From Squalus acanthias (Eukaryota), in assembly GCA_030390025.1 (NCBI GenBank), contig CM059431.1, forward strand, positions 102,116,001 through 102,180,000: a stretch of 64,000 nt of DNA. The letters run 5' to 3'. Within the stretch, counting starts at the first letter, position 1, and each line of letters opens with the position of its first letter. Positions 35,631 to 48,069 of this stretch are shown piece after piece. Under the pieces are notes generated by a model, which did no database searches, was not told where the DNA came from, and saw only the letters and a list, made by a program, of their open reading frames with translations. The translations under genes were made by a program, and so were the position numbers.

Positions 35631-36238
35631 TTCGGCCCATCGAGCCCGTGCCAGCTCTTTGAAAGAGCTATCCAATTAGCCCCACTCCCCCCAGCTCTGT
35701 CCCCATAGTCCGGCCATCTTTTAGCCAATTCCTTTATGAAAGTTGCTATTGAATCTGCCTCCTTTTCTCTTTACGTCGCTTGTACGGGCCAAAAAAATCA
35801 GGCACCTCCATTCTGTCTGCACGCCATCCAATGGGAGAGTCAAAGTCAAGCCACCGACAGAATGCGTGGAAGTATATATCAGGTGCCAAGCAAGTAAGTT
35901 TATATTTCTTTACATCTTTTATACAAAAGAGAAATTGGGTTCCAGGCTTGCTTTCTTAGCTTCTTTTAGCCGATGCAATTTTACTTCAATAAGTGAGGGA
36001 GTTTCGCAATTAAATCTTTGAAGTGGCCCTCATTTCAAATTGACCACTCCCGCGCTATCGGCTCACGCCTAGTCTCACTGCGCCTGGTCACATCGGGAGC
36101 AAGTCCCAGCAGCAGACACTCTGTTCATCACGTGTGATTGGCAGCGGGTGGGCGGAGGAAACTATTTTATATCTGGGGGGGTGGGGGGACGTGCAAGGGG
36201 AATCCGGGATGTGTTTTACCGACAGCAGCAAGCCTTAC

Positions 36239-36372
36239 CACAGCGCAAGTCTTTGTTCGATTTCCTTCAGGAAGCCAGTGTGAAACTTGTACAATGGACC
36301 AAAATTAGAGAAGAGCAAAGTCTTCAGTGGTTCTGGCATGACGTCATCTTTGGCCACAGCACTCTGAAAACA
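36239..36372 (-). CDS. FARP1: FARP1 coding exon (DH domain)
   Basis: ctctcttgcag|TGT TTT...CTG TG|gtaagg; 134 nt, phase 0 to 2; CFQSAVAKDDVMPEPLKTLLFSNFGPLYKFHTGFLKEIEQRLAL(W). Confidence 0.94.
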
Positions 36373-36384
36373 CTGCAAGAGAGA

Positions 36385-36861
36385 TAAAGAAAGAAAGACT
36401 TACATTTTTATAGCGCCTTTCACGACCACCGGGCGTCTCAAAGCACTTTATAGCCAATGAAGTACTTTTCTGAAGTGCAGTCACTGTTGTAATGTGGGAA
36501 ACGCGGCAGCCAATTTGCGCACAGCAAGCTCCCACAAACAGCAATGTGATAATGACCAGATAATCATTTTTTTTGTTATGTTGATTGAGGGATAAATATT
36601 GGCCCAGGACACCGGGGAGAACTCCCCCTGCTCTTCTTCAAAATAGTATCATGGGATCTTTTACGTCCACCTGAGAGAGCAGACGGGGCTTCGGTTTAAC
36701 GTCTCATCTGAAAGACGGCACCTCCGACAGTGCAGCACCCCCTCAGCACTGCACTAGAGTGTCTGCCTAGCTTTATGTGCTCAAGTCTTTGGAGTGGGAC
36801 TTGAACCCACAACCTTCTGACTCTGAGGCGAGGGTGCTGCCCACTGAGCCACGGCTGACAC
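36385..36861 (-). mobile_element. Deu-domain SINE, full length, abutting a FARP1 splice acceptor
   Basis: Head, core and (tctt)n tail ending about 10 nt before the AG at 36373-36374. Confidence 0.9.
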
Positions 36862-37374
36862 TACATTACACTGCTACACTAATGAAACTATTAACAGAAT
36901 GTGAAGCATTCACATACACAGAATGATCTGTACTGAGGTTACTATACTACAACAGCAGTGAAGAATACACGGAACACCTGTCTATAGTCACCCATTAGGC
37001 TTAAGGAGATTCTCCACAGGGATATTGTTAGATTCGGAATACATTTCCTTCTGTATCTTTTCACTACTGTGATGGAACATATTACTTCAAAATGCATTAT
37101 TCCGACTGGAAATAAACAATGAAAAGAATGGCGTGGCATGGAGTGGTAGGAGATGGATTTATGCCCGCAATTGTCCACTCTCGGAGTTCCCAATCTCCAC
37201 CAGTACGTCACAGAGAGTGACTGACTGCAAACCAGATGCTTCCTTACTGAGGTGAAGAGGCAAAAATCCAGGAGAACCAGTTACCCAGGGGCACTTGTGA
37301 AGCTCCTAGTAGACTGAGCAAGGCCTTGACAGAGGTCTACAGCCTGTCCTATCAAATGAAGAATGTGACGTAGA

Positions 37375-38035
37375 ATTACATGGACTTTACAGCACCGAAA
37401 CAGGCCATTCGGCCCAACTGGTCCGTGCCGGTGTTTATGCTCCACACGAGCCTCCTCCCTCCCCTCTTCATCTCACTCTCATCAGCATATCCTTCTATTC
37501 CTTTCTCCCTCATGTGTTTATCCAGCTTCCCTTTAAATGCACCTCTGCTATTCGCCTCAACCACTCCCTGTGGTAGCGAGTTCCACATTCTCACCACTCT
37601 CTGGGTATGGATGAGGCTACACACAAGAGCAGGAGGCGGCCATTCGGCCCCTCGAGCCGGTTACGCCATTCAATGAGATCACGGCTGATCTGTATCTTAA
37701 CTCCATTTACCCACCTTGGTTCCGTAACCCTCAATACCCTTGCCTAACAATCGATCAATCTCAGTTTTGAAATTCTCAATTGACCCCCAGCCTCAACAGC
37801 TTTTGGGAGGAGAGAGTTCCAGATTTCCACTACCCTTTGTGTGAAGAAGTGCTTCCTGACATCACCCCTGAACGGCCTGGCTCTAATTTTAAGGTTATGC
37901 CCCCTTGTTCTGGGCTCTCCCACCAGAGGAAATAGTTTCTCTCTCTCTCTCTACCCCATCAACTCCTGTAATCGTCTTAAACACCTCAATTAGGTCACCC
38001 CTTAGTCTTCTATAGTCGAGGGAACACAAGCCTAG
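37375..38035 (-). mobile_element. Two adjacent CR1 3' fragments
   Basis: QRVVRMWNSLPQ (37375-37605) and [12 protein letters not shown] (37625-38035). Confidence 0.85.
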
Positions 38036-39274
38036 ACACTTAAGAAGGAGAGTAAATGAACATAAAGATTAATATATGAAACAATCTATTCATTTAATAT
38101 TGAATAATTCTTGCTTCACAAGTTATTTTAATATTTTCTGCCCTTTTTAATTTGGATTTCCCCACACCACAAGCCATACCATAGACAGGGGAGCAGGCAA
38201 TCTGCCAATGCTGCTCCCTAAAATTCCTCTAGGCTTGCTCTATTGTTCCTCCTTTCTTGTAGGGAACGGTCTAACCTACTGCTTGGTGCTTCCACTTGCT
38301 GAGTGAAGGAACACGTCGCGGGTACTTGCGGGCATAAATCTGTATTCTCCTGCTCCCATACCATTGTGACGGCCCTGCAGTTCTGAAAGAGCTGAATCTC
38401 TGAAACCGTTGCTCCCGAATAGTTTCCTGCGCGGGACGGACCAGAGCGTTTACCGGTCACGCGAGACCGCTTAGGGCGGCGCAATCCAACTTGAGCGAAC
38501 GGTGGGACAAAAAAAAAGCGCTCCCCACCTCCACGCGGGACTGGGTCGTACACGTGAACTGCAGCTGAACCTAGATGGGGGAGCTGGCATTCCGGACAGA
38601 CAAGGTCCAGTGGGCTAAAGTGGGCCTTCTTCATCCAGCCCTTATCTTGCGATCGTGTGAATTTGTACAAAATCTCTTGAGGCCCATGAATAACCATTGC
38701 CACGGATTAATGGGAGCTATTATTCATGACGGTTACCTTGCAATTCCCAACGTAATTGGGCCAAATTAAAAGGTAACAGAAACATTCTAAAATAGACAGG
38801 AAAATGGGACATAATACAGCGACACTGCAGACTCTTGTCACCGTATGATGGGCTAATGGTGACAGGATGCAATTTACTTGTGTTTTTTTTTAAAGGGCAT
38901 CTGAAATGAAACGCATAATTATTTAATGATGAGGAGTCAAATCTAATCTTTTTGTTTTATGCAATTTCCTGTTTTGAAGCAATTTGGAACCAAATCAATT
39001 TGTTCCAACGACTGACTTTAGCGGCAGTAATTCTGCGTTCAGTCCGAAACATTTGCCCGAGAAACTATAAACGCCAGGGAAAATGTTTGAAAAAAAATGC
39101 GCAGTGTTTGCTGTCTCATTTATTCCGCAAGATTTCTCCTTAACCATTCAGGTTGTAAACAAAATTAAGTTATTCCTGCGAAGCTTGTAATAGCAATAAT
39201 CTTAAATTCCATGGAACTATGCTGCTTTTAGCCAAGTTTCTTCGTCTTTCACTCCTTTTTTGAAGATGAACTTG

Positions 39275-39708
39275 AATCATAGAATGGTTACAGCGCGGAA
39301 GGCGGCCATTTGGCCCATCGAGCCCGTGCCGGCTCTCTGCAAGAGCACTTCAGCTAGTCCCACTCCCCCGCCCTTTCCCCGTAGCCCTGCAAAAAAAATG
39401 TTTCTTTCAGGTACTTATCCAATTCCCTTTTGAAAGCCGCGATTGAGTCTGTCTCCACCACCCTTTCAGGCAGCGCATTCCAGATCACAACCACTTGCTG
39501 CATAAAATAGTTTCTCCTCATGTCGCCTTTGGTTCTTCTGCCAATCACCTTAAATCTGTGTCCTCTGGTTCTCGACCCTTCCGCCAATGGGAACAGTTTC
39601 TCTCTATCTACTCTGTCCAGACCCCTCATGATTTTGAACACCTCTATCAAATCTCCTCTCAACCTTCTCTGCTCTAAGGGGAACAACCCCAGCTTCTCCA
39701 GTCTGTCC
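39275..39708 (-). mobile_element. CR1 LINE 3' fragment
   Basis: ORF 39354-39728: RLEKLGLFPLEQRRLRGDLIEVFK. Confidence 0.9.
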
Positions 39709-40103
39709 AAAAAGTCAATAACCAGCAAGTTATTTCTTTCATTTTCACCGAGCTAATCCTTCTATCTTTCAATGATGCGGGTTTGATTCTGAGTCACAAA
39801 GAACTAACAGCATCTTCAGAGTCGGGCTTTAAAAACAAGAGACTTTATTGTGGAACTGCCAGTTTGGAGCGATGGCAAACAGCAATCCCTAAAACGCCCA
39901 GCGGATTTCTTTGTTACTGCCCGAGACTGAGCACAGCTACACAGGAGCCGATTACAAGTTGGGTACGTGCGTTTCAATATTTTGCCATGAATGGAATCAC
40001 GCTGGAATCATATGTTCACAAAACAAGGAACGCGAATAACGACGAGCTCCCTCCCTCCCTTACGTAATCAATGCACTCATTGGGGTAGAAGTTCATCTTG
40101 GGG

Positions 40104-40377
40104 TGGGGTTACCAACTCTGGTTGGACATAGTCCTGGAGGTTTCACCACAAGACCTCCCACCTCCAACCGTCCCGCCCCTTCCAAACAGCCTTTTTCTCC
40201 CCCCACCCCCCATCTCCCAATATTTTTATAACCAATAAACTAACAGCGTTCAAACAAAGTGCCGAAAACACACTCTTTTAATGATTTTTCTCCTGGTTTT
40301 TGCTGGCAGCAGGGTCCTGGAGATTAGTTTTTCACTCCTGGAGACTCCTGGCCAATCCTGGAGGGTTGGCAACTCTA
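40104..40377. mobile_element. hAT-like MITE
   Basis: Ends tggggttaccaactc and gggttggcaactcta resemble CAGGGTTGCCA-type TIRs; a related partial copy begins cagggttgcccactctggttggaca near 11884. Confidence 0.6.
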
Positions 40378-40775
40378 CATTGGGTAGGGGTGGGGCAAGC
40401 GCAGAATGGGTGATATCATTATCGGCCGCCCTACATACTGCCCGAGATTCAGCTTCGCTGACTCGAATAGAACGGGTGTATAACATCTGTCCAAGACAGA
40501 TTGTTACCCCATTCAGTCACCCCAATCATTTCCAACAATAGGACTCAAAGCTCTAACTAGCAAGAATATTCTTGTTAAAAAATGAATCACTAGCCAATTC
40601 TTATAATAAAAATACTTACCACAACTACAGTAAATAACAAACTGAAACAAACAGTGGGACCAATTTTCCTGCCCTGGCAATGTACAGGCACGGCACAGCC
40701 GAAGTGTGTGACACCGCCAAACCAAGCTACACCCAATCGTGTTGGGCTAGGTCATTAACATGGCGCAATCACACC

Positions 40776-42050
40776 ACAGACACACACACACACCCGAGAC
40801 AGACACACACAGACACACCCGAGACAGACAGACACACCCAAGACAGACAGACCCGAGACAGACACACACAGACTGACACACCCGAGACAGACAGACACAC
40901 CCGAGACAGACACACACAGACAGACACACCCGAGACAGACACACACACCCAAGACAGACAGACCCGAGACAGACACACACAGACAGACACACACACCCGA
41001 GACAGACACACACACCCGAGACAGACACACACAGACAGACACATCCGAGACAGACAGACACACCCGAGACAGACAGACACACCCGAGACAGACACACACA
41101 GACAGACACACACACCCGAGACAGACACACACCCCCGAGACAGACACACACAGACAGACACACCCGAGACAGACAGACACACCCGAGACAGACACACACA
41201 GACAGACACACCCGAGACAGACAGACACACCCGAGACAGACACACACCCCCGAGACAGACACACCCGAGACAGACACACACATACAGACACACCCGAGAC
41301 AGACAGACACCCCCGAGACAGACACACACAGACAGACACACACACCCGAGACAGACACACACACCCGAGACAGACACACACAGACAGACACATCCGAGAC
41401 AGACAGACACACCCGAGACAGACACACACACCCGAGACAGACAGACACACCCGAGACAGACACACCCGAGACAGACACACACAGACAGACACACCCGAGA
41501 CAGACAGACACAGACAGACACACACACCCGAGACAGACACACACACCCGAGACAGACACACACAGACAGACACACCCGAGACAGACAGACACACCCGAGA
41601 CAGACACACACAGACAGACACACCCGAGACAGACACACACACCCGAGGCAGACAGACAGACACTCCTGAAACAGACATACACAGACACACACCCGAGATA
41701 CACAGACACACCCGAGACAGACAGACACACCCGAGACAGACAGACACCCCGAGACACACAGACACCCCCGAGACAGACACACACACCCCCGAGACAGACA
41801 CACACACCCCCGAGACAGACACACACACCCCTAAGGCAGACACACACACATACCAGAGACAGAGAGACACACAGACAGATAGACACAGACAGAAGACACA
41901 CCCGAGACACAGACACAGACATGGACAGAGACAGACACACCCGAACCCCACTCCCCGAGGCAGATACACACACACAGACAGACACACATACCAGAGACAG
42001 ACAGACCCGAGAGACGGACAGACAGAGACAGACAGACACACAGACAGACA
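40776..42050. repeat. CA/GACA repeat punctuated by CCCGA (higher-order satellite-like)
   Basis: Repeated cacacccgagacagacagaca / cacacacagacagaca. Confidence 0.95.
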
Positions 42051-42274
42051 TGGTAACAGATCAGGCTGTGGAATTCCTATCTCAGCCATCAAGGGGGCTC
42101 AGCACAGACCTCTCTTCCCGACAGTGAATGAGAGGAGCTTCCCAGCCAGAGCCGTGTCAAAGAGCTAAAGAGTGATGACTGACCACCCCCCACCTCCCTC
42201 CCCACCCTTTAGCTCTGATAGGCCAACACAGAGCGTCACTGTAAAACACACCCAGAGATTGCCTTGCTCCTTAC

Positions 42275-42364
42275 CGCTGTGATGACTTCAAGATCCTTCA
42301 GGTAGGTTCGTTCTGTCGTGGATACTTCTTTGGCAATAAAGTAGGCTTTGTCTGCGGGGAACCG
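42275..42364 (-). CDS. FARP1: FARP1 coding exon (start of DH domain)
   Basis: ttttgcag|CGG TTC...ACA GCG|gtaagg; 90 nt, phase 0 to 0; RFPADKAYFIAKEVSTTERTYLKDLEVITA. Confidence 0.96.
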
Positions 42365-42524
42365 CTGCAAAAATTCAGAACACCACACATCCAACATATC
42401 AATAGTGGCTATCTGACTTCTTTCCATCAGTTTATTTGTAGTCTTGCCCAGAATAAATAGAAAGAAAAATTGGCAGACAGAACACACAGACTCACAGGTG
42501 ATGGAAAGGGTGTAAATCAAAAAA

Positions 42525-43441
42525 GAAAAAAAAACTTGCATTTCACAACCTCAGGACGTCCTAAAGCACTTTACAGCCAATGAGGTAACTTTTGAAGTGT
42601 AGTCGATGTTGGAATGTAGGGAAATTTGGCAGACAATTGCGCACAGCAAGCTCCCACAAACAGCAATGTGATTGAGGGATAACTGTTGGCCAGGACCTCA
42701 GGGATAACTCCCCTGCTCTTCTTCAAAATAGTGCCGTGGGATCTTTTACATCCACCTGAGAGGGCAGACAGGGGCCTCATCCGAAAGACGGCACCTCCGA
42801 CAGTGCAGCGCTCCCTCAGTACTGTCCCTCCGACAGTGCAACGCTCACTCAGTACTGCCCCTCCGACAGTGCGGCGCTCCCTCAGTACTGCCCCTCCGAC
42901 AGTGCAGCGGTCACTCAGTACTGTCCCTCCGACAGTGTGGCGCTCCCTCAGTACTGCCCCCCCTCAGTACTGCCCCTCCGACAGTGCGGCGCTCTCTCAG
43001 TACTGCCCCTCCGACAGTGCAGCGCTCACTCAGTACTGTCCCTCCGACAGTGTGGCGCCTCCGACAGTGCTGCGCTCCCCTCAGTACTGCCCCTCCGACA
43101 GTGCGGCGCTCTCTCAGTACTGCCCCTCCGACAGTGCAGCGCTCCCTCAGTACTGCCCCCCCTCAGTATTGCCCCTCCGACAGTGCGGCGCTCCCTCAGT
43201 ACTGCCCCTCCAACAGTGCGGCGCTCCCTCTGTACTGCCCCTCCGACAGTGCGGCGCTCCCTCAGTACTGACCCTCCGATAGTGCGGCGCTCCCTCAGTA
43301 CTGACCCTCCGACAGTGCGTCGCTCCCTCAGTGCTGCACTGGGAGTGTCAGCTAGATTTTTGTGCTCGAGTCCCTGGAGTGGGACTTGAACCCACGTCTG
43401 ACTCAGAGGCGAGTGGGCTACCCACTGAGCCTCAGCTGACA
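42525..43441 (-). mobile_element. Deu-domain SINE with an irregular 33-bp internal array
   Basis: Array at 42795-43336, with head and core present. Confidence 0.88.
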
Positions 43442-43705
43442 ATGCAACCAAAGGCTAGTTAGTCTAATGCAGACTGTAATGTGGGAGGAAATTACTGAGC
43501 TCTTGGATGAGTTAATTAGGATCAATATGTACAGAATTCACACTTGACCAACCTTAAAGAATTCTTTGAAGAAATAGGAGAGGCGAGACTGAAGAATTGC
43601 AGTGGGTGTGGTTTCTATGAATTTTCAATTGATGAAGTACCACAGAAATTTACAGCAAAGTTGATGCTAATCTCAGACTTGGCTAAGTTCTGGCACTCTC
43701 AGTGA

Positions 43706-44140
43706 AGCTCTGAGTCAGAAGGTTGTGGGTTCAAGGCCCACTCCAGGGACTTGAGCACAAAAGTCTAGGCTGACGCTCCAGTACTGAGGCAGTGCTGCAC
43801 TGTCGGAGGTGCCGTCTTTCGGATGAGACGTTAAACCCAGGCCCCGTCTGCTCTCTCAGGTGGACGTAAAAGATCCCACGGCACTATTTCGAAGAAGAGC
43901 AGGGGGGAGTTCTCCCCGGTGTCCCTGGCCAATATTTATCCCTCAATCAACATCACTAAAAAACAGATGATCTGGTCATTATAACATTGCTGTTTGTGGG
44001 AGCTTGCTGTGCGCAAACTGGCTGCTGCGTTTCCCATATTACAACAGTGACTTCACTTCAACAGTACCTCATTGGCTGTAAAGCACTTTGGGAGGTCCCG
44101 AGGTTGTGAAAGGCGCTATAGAAATGCAAGTCTTTCTCTG
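43706..44140 (+). mobile_element. Deu-domain SINE (the only plus-strand copy seen)
   Basis: ctctgagtcagaaggttgtgggttcaaggccc..ttcggatgagacgttaaacc..aaaggcgctatagaaatgcaagtctttc. Confidence 0.9.
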
Positions 44141-44146
44141 TCTTTC

Positions 44147-44625
44147 ACCAGGCTGATTCCCTGGATGAGAAGATGGTCCTATGAGGACAGATTGAGTAGA
44201 CTAGGCCTGTATTCCCTAGAGTTTAGAAGAATGAGAGGTGATCTCATTGAAACGTATAAAATTCTCAAGGGGCTTGACAGGGTAGATGCAGGGAGGATGT
44301 TTCCCCTGGCTGGGGAGTCTAGAACCAGGGGTCACAGTCTCAGATAAGGGGTCGGCCATTTAGGACTGAGATGAGGAGGAATTTCTTCACTCAGAGGGTG
44401 GTGAATCTTTGGAATTCTCTACCCCAGAGGACTGTGGAGGCTGAGCCGTTGAGTATATTCAAGACAGAGATCGATAGATTTTTGGACTCATGGGGAATCA
44501 AGGGATATGGGGATAGTGCAGGAAAGTGGAGTTGAGGTCGATGATTGGCCATGATCTTATTGAATGGCGGAGCAGGCTCGAGGGGCTGAATGGCCGACTC
44601 CTGCTCCTATTTCTTATGTTCTTAT
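44147..44625 (+). mobile_element. CR1 LINE 3' fragment
   Basis: SYEDRLSRLGLYSLEFRRMRGDLIETYK; same subfamily as 19385-20945. Confidence 0.9.
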
Positions 44626-44931
44626 TAGAGGGTGCCCATTCCGAGGTTAAGTCGCCAAACTTTTACTCCAATAATTCACAACATTTTCAGACCTAAAAGG
44701 TTATAGAAAATAAAATAAATACATTTATTTCTTTTAACATTTGGGTTCTCCATTCGATTGCACTAATTGTGTTGTGTATATATAGAGATTAGAAGAGAGC
44801 TGCAAATTAATGAGAAGATGACGGGTTTTATTATTAGTTGCCAGCTGATGAGACAATAAATGCATTAGTGACAGAAATCATTTCCCTTTTTCAACTGAGA
44901 ATGAAAGTGAAATACTGGATACTTTAAGGTA

Positions 44932-45345
44932 TTCTCATCCTTGTTTTCAAATCCCTCCATGGCCTCGCCCCTTCCTATCTCTGTAATCTCCTCCAGCCCC
45001 ACAACTTCCCCTTCCCCCACCCCCCGAGATATCTGCGCTCCTCTAATTCTGGCCTCTTGAGCATCCCTGATTATAATCGCTCAACCTTTGGTGGCCGTGC
45101 CTTCTGTTGCCTGGGCCCTAAGCTCTGGAATTCCCTCCCTAAACCTCTCCGCCTCGCTACCTCTCTTTCCTCCTTTTAGACGCTCCTTAAAACCTACCTC
45201 TTTGACCAAGCTTTTGGTCACCTGCCCAAATTTCTTATGTGGCTCGGTGTCAAATTTTTGTCTTAAAATACTCCTGTACAGCGCCTTGGGACGTTTTACT
45301 ACGCTAAAGGCGCTATATAAATACAAGTTGTTGCTGTTGTTGTTG
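44932..45345 (+). mobile_element. L2 LINE 3' fragment
   Basis: L2 motifs and (gtt)n tail. Confidence 0.85.
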
Positions 45346-45346
45346 T

Positions 45347-46065
45347 AATTGGCAAAAGAACCAGAGGGGATCTGGAACGTTCTGCCTGAAAGGGCGGTGG
45401 AAGCAGATTCAATAGTAGCTTTCAAAAGAGAATTGGATAAATACTTGAAGGGGAAACAATTGCAGCGTAGGTTTACCAGAATGATACTCAGACTCCAAGG
45501 GTTAAGTTACGAGGAGAGATTACACAAATTAGGGTTGTATTCCCTAGAATTTAGAAGGTTAAGGGTGATTTGATCGAAGTTTTCAAGATATTAAGGGGAA
45601 CTGATGGGGTAGATAGAGAGAAACTATTTCCGCTGGTTGGGGATTCTAGGACGAGGGAGCATAGTCTAAAAATTAGAGCCAGACCTTTCAGGAGTGAAAT
45701 TGGGAAACACTTCTACACACAAAGGGTGGTAGAAGTTTGGAACTCTCTTCCCAAATGGCAATTGATGCTAGATCAATTGTTAATTTTAAATCTGAGATTG
45801 ATAGATCTTTGTTAACCAAAGGTATTAAAGGATACGGTCACAAAGGCAGGTAGATGGAGTTAGGTCACAGATCAGCCGTGATCTCATTGAATGGAGGAAC
45901 AGGCTCGAGGGGCTGAATGGCCTCCTCCTGTTCCTATGTTCTGGGCTATGGGGAAAGGGCAGGGGGGAAGTGAGACTAATTGGATCGCTCTTTCAAAGAG
46001 CCGGCACAGGCACGATGGGCCGAATGGCCTCTTTCTGTGCTGCATCGTTCTATGATTCTATGATC
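45347..46065 (+). mobile_element. Nested CR1 fragments
   Basis: One CR1 subfamily (45462-45940) inserted in the 3' end of another. Confidence 0.85.
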
Positions 46066-46787
46066 TTAGAAGTCTGAAATTTGAAAGTGATTGTATTATT
46101 GGTCTGAGGTTTTGATTCTTACTGAACGCGGAGACCATTTAATGCAGGGAGCTTAATTATACGGCTGATAATCAGTGGCTTATTGAACCTGGGGGCACTG
46201 GTTTCTGTGTTCTGTGACTGAATGAATATCACCACATTACATACATTCCCTGATGCCCTTTCCTATCAGCATACCAGAATTCCGGAAGGGTGTTATGTTG
46301 AATAGGAAATCGCTCTACACAAACCCGAGGCCACAATTAAAGAGGAAAGGGATGTTTTTTTATTATTTTTAAAATCCTGGCATTTTTGGATAACTTGACC
46401 TGCCTTCATTAATAAAAAAACAAAGTTTGAACTCACAGGCTATTTATACTCCATTTCTTTGTGAAGGCTTGTGCAACACGGTTCCTTATTACGGTTTATA
46501 TATTGCCACACTCGAGATGTCAGGAAAAATGTTAAGACTGTTTTAAAAACTGTGTTAAGCGTGTAAGTTCGAAGAGAATCTTTCCCTATCCAGGAATGAG
46601 AAAATCTCCGTTTGTTACATGCACCATCACATGATCTCACTGAATTATCCAATCAGTGTCACTCTGCCTGTAGCGAATCATCTCTTCAACAGGCCGTACC
46701 ATTGGCTGACAGTTAACAGGAACAGTCCCTTCAGGGGCAAGGGTGCTTTCCAAAAGTTCATAGTTACACACTTTGTTGGCTAACAAT

Positions 46788-47551
46788 GGCGCGGATTTTT
46801 CGACAGCCTATGACCGCGTAGGCGGCCGTAAGGGGCCCGCAAGTCCCGGGTCTCCGTGTGTGATGCGCGTGCGCGAAAACCCGGAACTTGCGATCTGTCA
46901 AGTTTCAGCTCGACACATCGTCCGCATCCCCGGGAAATGGACACTCGCCGTCGAAGAGTCAGGGCTATTTGCCCCAACCTACTGCTCAGCGAATGCCCAC
47001 GAAACTCTTGCGCCTGGTAGAAACAGGCATAGGGCCTTCTTTTACCAGTGTAAGAGTTTAAATAAATATTAAAATAATTAAAAAAAAATTATTTAAACAT
47101 AAAAAACTTTAAAATTAGTTTACGTTATTTTTGGCCCCTCTAAAAATGTCTAAATTTATTTTCAAAAGATTAAATTTTTGTTTTAAATGTTTAATTAAAT
47201 TGTATTTTAATTAATTTTGAACATTTAATGATTTATTTTTATTTAACTGGTGTGTAATTGTGTTTTTTAGGGGATTCCTATTCATGCTTATGGGGATTCC
47301 GTACGTAAATTAAATCCCCATAGGCCTAATGGGAATCCCCCTTTGTGATTGGTGGGGCCGGCCCATGTGATCCCAGGGGCGCTTGCGAATCACCTGCGCC
47401 CCTGGGATCACGTGGGCATTTACGCAGGCGTATGCGTAGAAGCCCGGGAGCGCGAGTGTTCAAACCTCCAGGACCATCAGGTAGGTGTGGAGTTTACTTG
47501 CGGTTCGGAGGCATTCGCCCGCGGGAAGAATCTGACTGCAAATTCAGGCCC
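46788..47551. mobile_element. Putative non-autonomous DNA transposon with internal hairpins
   Basis: aat|ggcgcggatttt...aaattcaggccc|aat: degenerate TIR and 3-bp duplication; CpG-rich arms and an AT-rich core. Confidence 0.5.
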
Positions 47552-47661
47552 AATAACATTCAAAGTGCTGATTTTTGACTTCCCCTTTCTCCAGTGGCTT
47601 GACGTTTTATAATTTGATTAACAGGGTTGAGAGGCGTTCTTGTCTCCATGTGTATAATATA

Positions 47662-48031
47662 AAAAGACTTGCATTTATATAGCGCCTTTCACGACCTCAG
47701 GACATTCCAAAGCGCTTCACAGCCAATGATGTACTATTGGAGTGTGGTCACTGTTGTAATGTAGGAAACGCGGCAGCCAATTTGTGCACAGCAAGCTCCC
47801 ACAAACAGCGATGAGATAATGACAAGTTTTTTTTAGTGATGTTGGTTGAGGGATAAATATTGGCCCCAGGACACCGGGGGGAACTCCCCTGCTCTTCGAA
47901 ATAGCGCCATGGGATCATTTCCGTCCTTCTGAGAGGGCAGACGTTTCCTTTGAATGACGGCACCTCCGACAGTGCAGCGCTTCCTCAGTACTGCACTGGA
48001 GTGTCAGCCTGGATTATGTGCTAATCTCTGG
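47662..48031 (-). mobile_element. Deu-domain SINE, 5'-truncated
   Basis: Core and tail as in the other copies. Confidence 0.85.
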
Positions 48032-48069
48032 ATAGCTGTTCTGATGCTTTCTATAGAGCTACTATGTAA

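Noticed and set aside
40680..42092. Long ORFs of 329-445 aa
   Set aside because: They are stop-free translations of a CA/GACA repeat, open in several frames.
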